From Trueperaceae bacterium (GTDB lineage Bacteria; Deinococcota; Deinococci; Deinococcales; Trueperaceae), in contig OZ243927.1 of the NCBI GenBank assembly GCA_965213925.1, positions 1,056,001-1,120,000 of the forward strand: DNA of 64,000 bases, given 5' to 3'. A program made the position numbers and the translations under genes. The notes beneath the pieces are model-generated. The model was not told the DNA's origin, made no database searches, and worked only from the letters and a program-made list of their open reading frames with translations. Positions 1-10,260 of this stretch are shown piece by piece; the stretch's first letter is position 1, and the number at the start of each line of letters is the position of its first letter.

Positions 1-158
1 GCTGTTTTAGTGCCGTCAAAAACGAGTTTACCTAGTTCATCTGCCATTTTAGGACCGTCCCCGAACCCATCGGCTTCGGGTAAGGGGTGAAGCTGGTGCG
101 GATGATGGTCTGGAAGCGTCGCAAGATAAGTTTGCCAGAATGCTTCTACAATTGCCAT
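1..158 (-). CDS. ASCH domain protein (N-terminal part; runs off window)
   Basis: Manual translation MAIVEAFWQTYL...GFGDGPKMADELGKLVFDGTKTA matches the ASCH FGD..ADEL..LV..GxKTAT motif; TAAACT 6 nt before the ATG. Confidence 0.8.
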   Translation of the reverse strand, partial: MAIVEAFWQTYLATLPDHHPHQLHPLPEADGFGDGPKMADELGKLVFDGTKT

Positions 159-242
159 AGGGTAAGTTTACAGGGTCTCGAGCGTCACCCCTACATCCGA
201 ATAAGGGATGGTCTCTTCTTCAGAGTAAGGCAACTGCAAGAA

Positions 243-1439
243 TTACGTCTCAGAACGCTGCTCATAGATACTTAAAGCCCGGTCCAAAATAATATCCGCG
301 AGGTCGCGCTTGCTCATCAGGGAGAGTTCTTCCGCCTTTTCATCCGCTGTTACAATCGTAACTCTATTCGTATCGCCGCCGAACGCCGTGCTCTCTTGGG
401 TAGGGTAGTTGAGGCAGATGAACTCGAGCTTTTTGCGCTTTGCCTTGTCCGCCGCTCGCTCTACCCCTTGATGCGTCTCCATCGCAAAGCCGACCATGAT
501 TTGCTGCGCTTTGCGTTTGGACAAGGTTTCTAAAATATCGGGCGTTCGCTCTAACGATAAGGTCTGCTCTTCGCCCGACTTTGCTTGTTTCTCGGTGGCG
601 ATATCGGCGGCTCGCCAGTCAGCGACGGCGGCGCTCATAATGAGGATAGAAGCGTCGTCAAAGTGGGCGGAGAGTGCCTCTAACATCTCCTCAGCGCTTT
701 CGACTTCTAGCCGCTCTACCCCTCGAGGTTTAGTGAGAGATGTCGGACCGCTCACGAGCGTCACCTGTGCGCCGCGCCCTGCCGCCGCTTCCGCTAATGC
801 GTAGCCCATGCGTCCACTACTCGGGTTAGAGATAAAGCGCACGGGGTCGAGGTATTCCCTTGTGGGTCCGGCGGAGACGAGGACGCGGTGTCCTTGTAAA
901 TCACTTTTGAAGAGGTCGCTTAGCTGCGCGACAATCTCTTCAGGCTCGACCATCCGCCCGACGCCTTCCCCCTCGCCTTTGGCGGCGAGCTTGCCCGCAG
1001 TTGGACCGATGAAGTGATGTCCAAACGCCCTTAATGTCTCTACGTTGCGCTCCACGGCTGGATGACGCCACATCTCGGTGTTCATGGCGGGAGCCCAGAT
1101 GACGTTAGGAATGCCTGCGAGGATGAGCGCGGAGACGACGTCGTCTCCGCGCCCTGTCGCGGCACTTGCGAGCGCGTCGGCGGTGGCGGGCGCGACGAGG
1201 AGAGCGTCCGCCCAACGCGCCCAGTCGATATGTCTTGCTTGACCGTCCGGCGCGAACCACGCCTCACGGTCAAAAACTTCACCGCCCGCTGCGACTGCGA
1301 GCGAGAGTTTGGTGACGAAGTAAAGGGCGTCGTCCGTCGTCGCCACGCGGACTTCATGCCCCGCTTCTTGCAGGCGGCGCAGAAGGGACGGGGTTTTGAG
1401 GGCGGCGACGCCTCCAGACGCGGCGACGATGATGTTCAT
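243..1439 (-). CDS. coaBC: Bifunctional phosphopantothenoylcysteine decarboxylase/synthetase
   Basis: APATAD, PAMNTEMW, SAGPTRE.LDPVRFISNPSSGRMG and AAVAD motifs; follows rpoZ. Confidence 0.97.
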   Translation of the reverse strand: MNIIVAASGGVAALKTPSLLRRLQEAGHEVRVATTDDALYFVTKLSLAVAAGGEVFDREAWFAPDGQARHIDWARWADALLVAPATADALASAATGRGDDVVSALILAGIPNVIWAPAMNTEMWRHPAVERNVETLRAFGHHFIGPTAGKLAAKGEGEGVGRMVEPEEIVAQLSDLFKSDLQGHRVLVSAGPTREYLDPVRFISNPSSGRMGYALAEAAAGRGAQVTLVSGPTSLTKPRGVERLEVESAEEMLEALSAHFDDASILIMSAAVADWRAADIATEKQAKSGEEQTLSLERTPDILETLSKRKAQQIMVGFAMETHQGVERAADKAKRKKLEFICLNYPTQESTAFGGDTNRVTIVTADEKAEELSLMSKRDLADIILDRALSIYEQRSET

Positions 1440-1456
1440 CGAATGAGAGGAAGAGG

Positions 1457-1765
1457 TTACTTGTCTTCGTCGTCGTTGGCTGCGCTCGAGACGCTGTACC
1501 CGCTCGGCTCCTCGCGCCTTTCACGCTCGACCACCTGCTTGAGTTCGCCCAAGCTCGGCAGGTCGTCGCCCCAGAGGATGCCCGCGTGCGTTTCTAACTC
1601 CTTCATCGCCACGGTAACGGTATTGCGCGTCTGCGGGTACTCGTCGGCGTCTAGCGTTGTGGGAATGCCCGCTTTGAGCTGCGCTGCGCGGCGCGCGGTA
1701 ATCATCGAGAGCTTGTAGCGCGAGTCGGTCAGCGCCATCAGATCGTCAAAGCCTTCTTGTGCCAT
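1457..1765 (-). CDS. rpoZ: RNA polymerase omega subunit
   Basis: SRYKLSMITARRAAQL motif; gmk-rpoZ-coaBC synteny. Confidence 0.93.
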   Translation of the reverse strand: MAQEGFDDLMALTDSRYKLSMITARRAAQLKAGIPTTLDADEYPQTRNTVTVAMKELETHAGILWGDDLPSLGELKQVVERERREEPSGYSVSSAANDDEDK

Positions 1766-1872
1766 ATTATGGGTCTCCTTAATACATCATATACGGGTTT
1801 GGAATAGGGCTACTTTTAGGAGCAATCCAGTCAAGCTGGTGTACGTAAGTCCTCACGTAGTGAACGAACGGT

Positions 1873-1912
1873 GAGCAATGAGTTAAAAGATTTTGGTTTT
1901 CACTCATTGCTC
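1873..1912. repeat. Intergenic inverted repeat GAGCAATGAG-N20-CTCATTGCTC
   Basis: 10-bp perfect arms between gmk and rpoZ. Confidence 0.55.
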
Positions 1913-1930
1913 GTTCCTCATTGCTGTCTT

Positions 1931-2545
1931 CTAAAGTTCGCGTAGAAAGTTCGCAATGTCTTTCTGCGTTAAGTGCTCGGTGCGAGCACGCTCAGCGTAA
2001 ATGATACTGCAAAAGTCGCGAACGGCTGTCTCGAGCGTATCATTGACCACCACATAGTCGAACTCTTTCACCGCGCGAATCTCTTCGCGGGCGCGGGCTA
2101 GACGCTTTTGAATGCGCTCTTCGGAGTCGGTGCCGCGTCCGCGTAGGCGGCGTTCTAGCTCGCTCAGGCTGGGCGGCGCGATAAAGACCATGACCGCCTC
2201 GTCGATTTTGCGCTTGACCTCTCTTGCGCCAACGAGTTCGAGTTCTAAAAGGACGTCTTGACCTCTCGCCAAGGCTTCACGTACGGGTGCGGCGGGCGTG
2301 CCGTAGTAGTCGCCGACGTATTCGGCGTGCTCGAGCAGCTCGTCCGCCTCGATCATCTCTTGAAACGCCTCCTTCTCGTAGAAGAAGTACTGCTTACCGT
2401 GAACCTCACCGGGACGACGCGCGCGTGTGGTGGCGGAGATAGAGAAGTAGAGGTTGCCTAGGTCGGGCAGCGCAGCTTGGCGAATCGTGTCCTTGCCGAC
2501 GCCCGACGCGCCCGTCATCACGAAGAGGGTGCCGGAGCGTTTCAC
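1931..2545 (-). CDS. gmk: Guanylate kinase
   Basis: TGASGVGKDT P-loop, SATTR.RPGE.G, YYGT, FIAPPS..ELE.RL.GRG; GTG start at 2545 preferred over 2659. Confidence 0.96.
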   Translation of the reverse strand: MKRSGTLFVMTGASGVGKDTIRQAALPDLGNLYFSISATTRARRPGEVHGKQYFFYEKEAFQEMIEADELLEHAEYVGDYYGTPAAPVREALARGQDVLLELELVGAREVKRKIDEAVMVFIAPPSLSELERRLRGRGTDSEERIQKRLARAREEIRAVKEFDYVVVNDTLETAVRDFCSIIYAERARTEHLTQKDIANFLREL

Positions 2546-2817
2546 GAAATAAGGGTGAGAGGAATTACATTGCGAGGTTGGGCAGAGAGGTGCATGGCAG
2601 AAATGTAACATAACGGCGTCCTTACGCGCAGCGCCTCGGGGCTGATTCGGATTTTTCACACGCCTTGCTACCTGGGGCCCCTTATCCTAGACACCAGTGT
2701 CCTCGAGCCAGGAGGCGGTTGGGTCAAAAGGCTGGGGGGAAACTCCAAGAGAGAGTGACGACGTTATGAAGACGAACTGCGCAGTGCATATCCTAAAAGG
2801 TGACGGGGCGGACCGCT

Positions 2818-3804
2818 ATGGCTAACGAAGTGTACACCCGGGCGCTGGCAGGGGTGCAAAACCTCGTTTCGGCGAAGGCGGCAAACCGCGCCCTAGCGAA
2901 CGCCCTCAAAGCGAAAGGGGAAACCCCGGACACGGTCGACGCCGAGGTGATGAGCCGCATTTTGCTAGGTCCTATTTTAAGCGAGTTCGAAACCATCTTG
3001 CCGCGCGAGGGGCTCAAGAAGCAACTGCGCAACCTAGCGGCGAGCTTGCGTAAGAACTTCCCCAAAGCTGCTCCCGAAGTGCCACAAGAGGTGGAGGCGC
3101 AAGACGCGGTCACAGCCGAAGAGGTCGTCGTCTTTGCGGAGGATTCGCATGAGGACTACGCGGAGGAGAGAGAAGAGGACGCGCTGGGGTTAGAAGCCCG
3201 AACCGACCCCGGCTTCGTCTACCAGACGAACGCACTCAGCGAAGTGCCTGAGAGCTTAGACCTCATCTTTTCGGTCTCCTCTACGGGCGAGCGCAGAACG
3301 CCGCAAGCGCCTGAAGCGGTGCGCAAGCCGGAGCCTATTCAGACTAGCGCGGTTATCGAGGTTCCCACTGAGCCCTTCGAACTCCCCACCGAATTCTTAG
3401 AGCACGCTTTTGAAAGCGAACCCGAGCCCGCTACGCCCACATCCACTGTGCCTACACCCACTGCGCCTGCGAGTGCGCCGCTTTCGCAAGCGCAGCTCGA
3501 GGCGGCCGTTTTGCGCTTCGCGCAGCTCGAGCAGGTCAGGTTTGTCGCGGCGCTCCGCGCAGGTGGTGAGGTCGCGGCGAGGCGCGGCAGCGGTATCGAT
3601 GTGGACGCTCTGGCGCAACTCGGTCTCGTCGGGCTCAAGCTTTTGCGCCGCAGTGGTCCGCTACGCACCTACTACCTCGCTCACACCCAGGGACAGCTCT
3701 TTTTGCTCCCGCTTGGAGAAGATACGCTCACGCTCGTCGGCACGCCCGAACTCAACGTCGGCGCTGTTTTTAACACGCTCGCTAGTCTCAAGGAGGAAAA
3801 ATGA
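2818..3804 (+). CDS. Uncharacterised protein: conserved N-terminal helical domain, acidic/Pro linker, C-terminal roadblock/LC7-like domain
   Basis: N-terminus aligns with the 5735 protein; last ~105 aa show a roadblock-like pattern ending NVGAVF. Confidence 0.7.
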   Translation: MANEVYTRALAGVQNLVSAKAANRALANALKAKGETPDTVDAEVMSRILLGPILSEFETILPREGLKKQLRNLAASLRKNFPKAAPEVPQEVEAQDAVTAEEVVVFAEDSHEDYAEEREEDALGLEARTDPGFVYQTNALSEVPESLDLIFSVSSTGERRTPQAPEAVRKPEPIQTSAVIEVPTEPFELPTEFLEHAFESEPEPATPTSTVPTPTAPASAPLSQAQLEAAVLRFAQLEQVRFVAALRAGGEVAARRGSGIDVDALAQLGLVGLKLLRRSGPLRTYYLAHTQGQLFLLPLGEDTLTLVGTPELNVGAVFNTLASLKEEK

Positions 3805-5728
3805 TTCGCCGCACGGTTTACCTTTCACTGCTACTCGGGGTTCTCGCCCTGCTCCCTTTCACGTTCGCCCAGTCTTCGGGCACCCAGTCTTCGGGCATCC
3901 AGTCTTCGGGCATCCAGTCTTCGGGCGCTCAGGCTCAAGACGACCTCTTAAACACCTACCAGGAAGCGTTCGCCGCGCTTAACACCAGCGTTAAAGCGTT
4001 GCCGAATGACAGCGCGCTAAGTGCGGAGCAGCTCGAGCGCGCCGAACTCGGGCTCACCGCCCTCGCCGACAACGCACCCGCCCCCCTCATCAGTGGGCTC
4101 AGCGATACCTTCGGACGTGCCCGCGACGCCATTCGCAACCGCTCGCAGGTGGACCTCGCTGTTCAAGCGGCGGTCCTTAAAGGCGGCTTTCACCGCCTCG
4201 TCTACGAAGCGGCGCTCCAGGACGCCGCCACAGGCAACCTCGCACGTGCCAGCGCCGACTCACGCAACTCGCCACCGACATGGGTCTCTCCGCCGAAACG
4301 AGCAGCGCCTTAGAGGAGGCGCAGACGCGCCGCAATCTGCAAGCGACTTTTGAAGCGGGCATCGCTGAAACTATCAGCGCGCGCCTCGCCACGACGAGCG
4401 AAGTCGCCGCGACGGACACGAACTTCGCGTATCAGGCGATCGCGCAAGCTTACGGCAAGTTCATTCCCGTGCAGGATTCGCCGCGCTTGCCCGAAGAAAC
4501 GGCGGACACCTTTGTGAGCGCTTTCGGCGCGTTGGTCGGTGCGCAGAGCGAGGCACTTAGCACGCAAGTCGCGCAGCTCAGCGAGCAGATGCGAGCGTTC
4601 GAGAACGCGGCGGACGCCGTGCTCAATCCGAACGCGACCAGCACTTCTGCCGAAGCCACCAGTGACGCGCAAGTCGCGCAGCTAGGTGAGCAAGCGCAAG
4701 CTTTGGAAATCGCCGCCGCCAATCCCGAGGTCAACCCCAGCGCCAGCGCAGGTACGGCCGAAGTCGCTAGCACCGCGCAGGAAATCTCTCAGCAAGCCCA
4801 GCAAGTCGCACAGCAAGATGCACAGCAAAACTCGGAAGGAGCGACCTCAGACGGAGAGGCGTCCGCGGCGGCTCAGCCGGACGCGCTCAGCCTCGAGCTG
4901 CAAACCTACGCTCTCGCGGCTAGCCCATTAGAGCGCCTAGCGTCAGCGTACCGCGCTGAGGGCTTCACCAGCGTGCAAGACGCGCTCGACAGCCTCTACG
5001 CAACGGGAGCCAAGGCGCTCGCCGCCGCCCAACTCGGCGACGCGACCGGCGCACAAGTTATCGTTGGTGAGTTCGGTGCAGACTTCCGCACCTTTATCGC
5101 CCCTCTCTTGAGTGACGACAGCGTGCGCAGCACGACGGACAGCCTCGTCGAAGGCTTGCAGAACTCGCCCGCGCTGCGTCCGCAGGACTTGAGCGTTTTG
5201 CTCGGTCAGGTCGGCGTCGTGGCGAGCAGCTTGCAGGGCGGCGAGCCTTCCCTAGCGAGCCGCCTCTCGGCGAGCGTCGGGCTCTTCTGGATGGGACCGG
5301 TTCGCCTCAGCATCATGATCATCTTGTGCTTCTTCGCGTTCGTGCCGCTCTACCTCCTCAACCTCGCCTTCGGCGGCGGCAACCGCAACTGGCAGTACAT
5401 CGGCGTGGCGCTCCTTTTGCTCCTCTTGCCCGTCATCTTCGAAGGCTTGAGCTTTATCGGCTCGGCGATCGCGACCTTCGCGGGCGTTGGGGCGCTCGCG
5501 CCCGCCGCGACGCTCTCCATCTTCCAAACGCCGGTCGCGCGCGTCGCCTGGGCTATGGTCACGGCTGTCGCCATCGCGTTTGCGAGCATCGGGCTCTACG
5601 GCATCTGCGTGCAGTTCGGCTTGCTCGGCAAGCAGGAAGACCCGAGCGAAACCTCCGCGACGGACACCCAGCTCTACCTCACCTCGGAAGGTCCGGACAC
5701 CGCCATCGACTGGGACGACGAGTTTTAA
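3801..5728 (+). CDS. Exported helical protein with C-terminal 3-4 TM segments, split by a single-base frameshift near 4256 (ORFs 3801-4313 and 4280-5728)
   Basis: Signal peptide in the first ORF; adding one C at agcgcc^gactcacg gives continuous ...ARASARLTQLATDMGLS...; ATGA overlap with the upstream gene. Confidence 0.7.
3870..3926 (+). repeat. 15-bp tandem repeat x~4 (CAGTCTTCGGGCAYC; QSSGT/QSSGI)
   Basis: Read directly. Confidence 0.9.
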
Positions 5729-5734
5729 GGTATT

Positions 5735-7897
5735 ATGGCGAACGCGGTCTACCAAGCGACCATAGAGCAGCTCGAGGGGGTTCTCTCCCCTCGAGTTGCT
5801 TCGCAGTCCCTCCAAGAGGGGCTTAAAAAACTTCAGAAAACGCCCGACACCGTCACGGCCGAAGATTTAGAAACGATTCTCAAAGCGCAGGTCTACCGCC
5901 GCTTACAGGTCACGCTGCCGCCCGAAAAGGCGAAAGAAGCGGTGCAGAGCCTCCTCGAAGGGTTGCAAAACGCGCCCACAGGAAGCGCGGCGGGACCGGC
6001 TATAGACTTAGAGGGACAAGCGAAGGACATCGAGGCGCTCAGGGACGCCCTCAAACCTTTTAACCTCTACTTCGAGTGGCCCGAAACGCAGAAACTCCGC
6101 GCCCAGTTGCAGCTTTTAGAGGCGGAGCAAGAGGCGGGGCGGGACGCGCACGAACTCGTTCACGAGGCGCGGGCGCAGCTCGGCGTGATGGAGCAGAAGC
6201 TCGAGGGGCAGCTCGTCACGCAAGCGAAAGAGTTGAGCGAGTTAAAGGAGGCGTTCAAGCAGGTGAAGTCCTTGGGCGGCTCTAAGGTGCGCCGCTTGGA
6301 GAACCTCATCGGGCAGATTGAGAGTGCCCAGGGCTCGCGTCAGAGTGCCCCCAGCGAAGTGGAGCGGGCACGTAAAATCGCCACTGATTTACGCAAGCTC
6401 GTCGCCTCTGCGGTACTCGAGCCCTCCGAAACGTCCTCGAGCGCGCAAGAGAGCCCGACCACCAACCCGACCGTCAATCCGACCTCTGTGCAAACCTCAA
6501 AGGTCAGCGAAGAACTCAAGCGCCTCGATCTCGACAACGATACGCGCGAATTAGAGCGCTTAGCGGGCGAATTCGCCAACCTCTTTCTCTTCGAGCCTGC
6601 GCTCGCTGAACACCTAGAGCGTGCCCGAGCGACGCTCGCCACGCAAACGCCGCTGGGCAACGGTCTCAATGACCTGCGCGAGACGCTCGTGCAGGCGCAA
6701 AGCGGGCTCCGCGACGCGCTCCGCACGGAACTCAGCGAGATTGCAGCCCACGTCAAGACGCTAGAGGACGCGGACACGCACGAGCTGAAAGTTGCCTTGC
6801 CGATCACGCTCAGCGTGTTGGAGACGACGCTGCCCGCTCGCGCCGACGTGCAGCGCGTCCGCGACCTCTACAGCTTGCTCACCGCAGAAGGAACCGAGGA
6901 TCCCGAAAGGGCGGCGCAGATCGCCGAGCTGCACCAGTTGGAGAGCGAAGCGGCGGCGTACTTGGAGCTTGACGACGACGCAGCTCTGCAGCTCGCGCTT
7001 CTCCTAGACGCCTCGCGCACGCAGCTCGAGGTGGGACGCGAAGCCGCCGACCTCTCACAGGCCTGGCCCCTCCTCAAAGAGGTGCGCGAGGTCATCGCGC
7101 AACGCGCCGCCACCTTCGAGCCGCGCTTAGACGCTGCGCTCGCCGCGTTTGGGCCCATCGCCAGCCTCAACACCGACGAAACACTGAATGTCAAAGGAAC
7201 GCTCTATCATCTGGACGCGCAGCGTGCGGCGTTCGGTCGCGTCGCGCCGAGGATGCAGGCGCAACTCATCGCCGCGCTGAGTGAAGCCGAAGCGACCTTG
7301 CAGGAACTGCAGAGCGTGTGGGAAGCGACCCGCGACGTAGCTGGACAACTCGTGAGCGGCAACATGTTCGACGACATCTTGGGTATTTTCGGCTCTGACG
7401 ACGAGCCTAGCCAAGAGGTCGCGGGTGAAGAAGCAAAAGCGGAAGCCGCTGACACGGAGGCACCAGCGGACACTACTGAAGACCTCGAGCTTGCGGACAT
7501 AGAGCTTATAGGCATAGAGCCGGGCGCGCAACTTCGCGACTGGCTGGAGCTTTACGCGCAGCTTCAGGGCGTGAGCGGCGCAGCTCTCTTTCTGCCGCAG
7601 GGACGAGTGATGGCGGGCGAGCCGGGCGCGTTCCCGCCGCCGTTTCACCGTGCTGTGCGGGCGCTGGAACGCGATATCAACAAGCTGGGCGACAGCTTAA
7701 AGGTCGGCAGAGCGAAGATTTACACGCTCGAGCTTCCTAGCCGCACCGTTGTCACGGCGTGGCCGAACGAACACGCCTACTTAGGGCTCGTCGTCTCCAC
7801 ACCTGCGATGGTGAACCCCACGCTCAAAAAGCTGCGTAGCGAACTGCCAGGTCTGCGCGACCTGTTACACTCGCTGCATGACGCTGCGCACGCTTGA
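5735..7897 (+). CDS. Uncharacterised coiled-coil protein with conserved N-terminal domain and C-terminal roadblock/LC7-like domain
   Basis: 720-aa ORF, long helical core; C-terminal LQGVSGAALF..GRV pattern typical of roadblock folds. Confidence 0.7.
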   Translation: MANAVYQATIEQLEGVLSPRVASQSLQEGLKKLQKTPDTVTAEDLETILKAQVYRRLQVTLPPEKAKEAVQSLLEGLQNAPTGSAAGPAIDLEGQAKDIEALRDALKPFNLYFEWPETQKLRAQLQLLEAEQEAGRDAHELVHEARAQLGVMEQKLEGQLVTQAKELSELKEAFKQVKSLGGSKVRRLENLIGQIESAQGSRQSAPSEVERARKIATDLRKLVASAVLEPSETSSSAQESPTTNPTVNPTSVQTSKVSEELKRLDLDNDTRELERLAGEFANLFLFEPALAEHLERARATLATQTPLGNGLNDLRETLVQAQSGLRDALRTELSEIAAHVKTLEDADTHELKVALPITLSVLETTLPARADVQRVRDLYSLLTAEGTEDPERAAQIAELHQLESEAAAYLELDDDAALQLALLLDASRTQLEVGREAADLSQAWPLLKEVREVIAQRAATFEPRLDAALAAFGPIASLNTDETLNVKGTLYHLDAQRAAFGRVAPRMQAQLIAALSEAEATLQELQSVWEATRDVAGQLVSGNMFDDILGIFGSDDEPSQEVAGEEAKAEAADTEAPADTTEDLELADIELIGIEPGAQLRDWLELYAQLQGVSGAALFLPQGRVMAGEPGAFPPPFHRAVRALERDINKLGDSLKVGRAKIYTLELPSRTVVTAWPNEHAYLGLVVSTPAMVNPTLKKLRSELPGLRDLLHSLHDAAHA

Positions 7898-8315
7898 GGA
7901 GACCGACCAGCTCGCCCAGTCTCTTGTAGGGCTCGCGCCGCGCGGCACCCTGCTCATCCTTTCGGGGCCGCTCGGCGCGGGCAAGACGACGCTCGTCCAG
8001 GCGCTCGGGCGGCAGCTAGGCAGTCCCGCCCGCATTAGCAGCCCGACCTATACGCTCATTCATGAATATCCGAGTCCGGCAGGTCCGCTCGTCCATATCG
8101 ACGCCTACCGTTTGCCTAGCGCTGAGGTGCTCCTAGACCTCGGCTTAGAGGACTATTTAGAGCGCGCCCGCTTGGTCGCGGTCGAGTGGGGCGAAGGGCT
8201 GTTAAAGACGTTCCCTGACGCCCTCGAGGTCAGGCTCGAGCTAGGTGAAGAGGGCACGCGGCGTGCTACCGTCTTTAGAGAGGGTCAGTTCGCAGCGCTG
8301 CCGAATAAGACGTAA
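7878..8315 (+). CDS. tsaE: tRNA threonylcarbamoyladenosine biosynthesis ATPase
   Basis: GPLGAGKTT, SPTYTL, HIDAYRL, VEWG. Confidence 0.96.
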   Translation: MTLRTLEETDQLAQSLVGLAPRGTLLILSGPLGAGKTTLVQALGRQLGSPARISSPTYTLIHEYPSPAGPLVHIDAYRLPSAEVLLDLGLEDYLERARLVAVEWGEGLLKTFPDALEVRLELGEEGTRRATVFREGQFAALPNKT

Positions 8316-8509
8316 GCTTAGGCTGACCACAATCCTCGCCGCGCGTTGAAACGAGCAGTTCCATAGTACATTGAGACAGATGGCCGCTTACGGAAGTTTT
8401 GGCAACGCCGAAGGCATCATCACCGAATGTGCACGATAGACGCCATTTCATAAAGCGAGAGCGTCTTTGACCAGATGATACCTGCTAAACCTATACGTTA
8501 AACTCGGGT

Positions 8510-9073
8510 GTGCGAGTGGTCCGCCCCATCTACTTAGGCATCGACAGCGCCAGCGCTTATCTCGCCCTCGCGCTCTGGTCGCCGGAGGGTGTCCTCGAGC
8601 GTTTTTGCGAGGAGGTCGGGCGAGACCACGCGGCGCGCACCTGCGCCGAACTGGGGGGGTTGCTAAAACGCGCTGACTTGCGCCGGAGCGACCTTGTGGG
8701 CGTCGGCGTTGGGACGGGTCCGGGGTCGTACACCGGGCTCAGGGTGGGCGTGGCGACGGCGAAGGGAATCGCGCAAGGCTTGGGTATCCCGTTGAGGGGT
8801 GAAAGCACGCTCGCGGCGATGGCAGCCGCAGCTTTGACGGAGGCGACGCCTAAAGGTGTCGTCGCGCTGGACGCGCGGCGCGGCAACGTCTACGCGGGCG
8901 TGTTCGAGCGCGTCGGGAACACGCTTCATTACGGTGAGATTGAGAAAGTATCCAGAGACGACCTGAGCGCCCGCTACCCTGAGCTGCCGCGCTTCGAAGT
9001 CGCGCCCGACGCGGCGTATCTGGCGCGCCGCGCGTCGGAAGGCGCGAGTAGCGTGGTGCCGCTCTACCTCTAG
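8510..9073 (+). CDS. tsaB: tRNA threonylcarbamoyladenosine biosynthesis protein
   Basis: LGIDS, GPGSYTGLRVG, DARRGNVY, C-terminal PLYL. Confidence 0.95.
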   Translation: MRVVRPIYLGIDSASAYLALALWSPEGVLERFCEEVGRDHAARTCAELGGLLKRADLRRSDLVGVGVGTGPGSYTGLRVGVATAKGIAQGLGIPLRGESTLAAMAAAALTEATPKGVVALDARRGNVYAGVFERVGNTLHYGEIEKVSRDDLSARYPELPRFEVAPDAAYLARRASEGASSVVPLYL

Positions 9074-9255
9074 CAACTAATCCATTTAGCCTTGACTCTG
9101 TTGAGCAGGGTGTTCGGGGAAACGGTCAGGACTATCCAAAATGAACCGGCGCAGACGGTATACTCGAGCTACTGTGAATAAACTTATCAACTCGCTTTTA
9201 GACCATCCTTTATCCCTTTCAAGCGCTAGAACGACGCCCGAACGAATGCACCCCG

Positions 9256-10245
9256 ATGTTTAAGCGTCGCGCCTGTGTAGATTTAGGCGCGACCGCTACG
9301 CGCATCTTCGTGAGCGGGCGGGGGGTCGTTTTGCGTGAGCCTTCTGTGGTCGCGCTCGACCGGGAGACGAACGAGGTCGTGGCGGTGGGGCAAAATGTAG
9401 CGCAGTTAGAAGAATCTGCGTCGCTCACAACGGTTACTGTGCGCCCCCTGCGTGACGGTATGGTCTCGGACGACGGTCTTGCCGGGACGCTGCTCACGGC
9501 GTTCCTGCGCCGCGCCAAGCTCGGCTCGGATGTAGCGCGGCTCATTATATGCACGCCTACGGCGGTGGCTGAGGCTGAAACGCACGCGGTGTTAAATGTT
9601 GTGCGCGAAGTGGCGCGTGAGACGCTCGTGCTCGAGCCACCCTTAGCTGCAGCGCTTGGCGCAGGTTTGAGCGCGAACGACGCGGGTAAGGTGGTCGTCG
9701 ATATCGGGGGTGGCACCACCGACATCGCCCTGATCAGCCGTCAAGCGGTCTTCGCGGCGGAATCGCTGCGCGCCGCAGGCGACGAGTTCGACGAGGCGAT
9801 CGTGCGTCTGATGCGTCAGAAGGGTGTGCTGATCGGCGGCTGGACGGCTGAAGAGGTCAAGCTCGAGCTAGGAGCCGCTTTGCTACCTTCTGCCGAAGCG
9901 GGGCAGCCTCGAGCCGTACGTGGACGTGACATAAGTACAGGTACGCCTAAAACTATCTCTGTGCGCACCGAAGAGGTCGTCGAGGCGCTGCAAGGTCCGC
10001 TGCGCAGCGTCGCTAGAGGGGTGCACAAGGTGCTCGAGGCCGCGCCCCCCGACCTCGCCGCCTATGTCGTCGATAACGGCGTCGTGCTGACGGGCGGCGG
10101 GGCGCTCCTGCCTTACCTGGACACCTTCTTACAGCAGCAGATAGGTATCCCGGTCGCCCTGGCCGAACACCCCGCCGACTGCACGATCCTCGGGTTGGGC
10201 CGCGCGTTAGACCTGCCCGACTTGCACGTTAGCCGCACCCCTTAA
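9256..10245 (+). CDS. mreB: Divergent MreB/Mbl-family actin-like protein
   Basis: EPSVVA, RPLRDG, VVDIGGGTTD, AGDEFDEAI, LTGGGALL; no mreC/mreD adjacent. Confidence 0.85.
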   Translation: MFKRRACVDLGATATRIFVSGRGVVLREPSVVALDRETNEVVAVGQNVAQLEESASLTTVTVRPLRDGMVSDDGLAGTLLTAFLRRAKLGSDVARLIICTPTAVAEAETHAVLNVVREVARETLVLEPPLAAALGAGLSANDAGKVVVDIGGGTTDIALISRQAVFAAESLRAAGDEFDEAIVRLMRQKGVLIGGWTAEEVKLELGAALLPSAEAGQPRAVRGRDISTGTPKTISVRTEEVVEALQGPLRSVARGVHKVLEAAPPDLAAYVVDNGVVLTGGGALLPYLDTFLQQQIGIPVALAEHPADCTILGLGRALDLPDLHVSRTP

Positions 10246-10260
10246 ATCCGCGCCTCCGAG

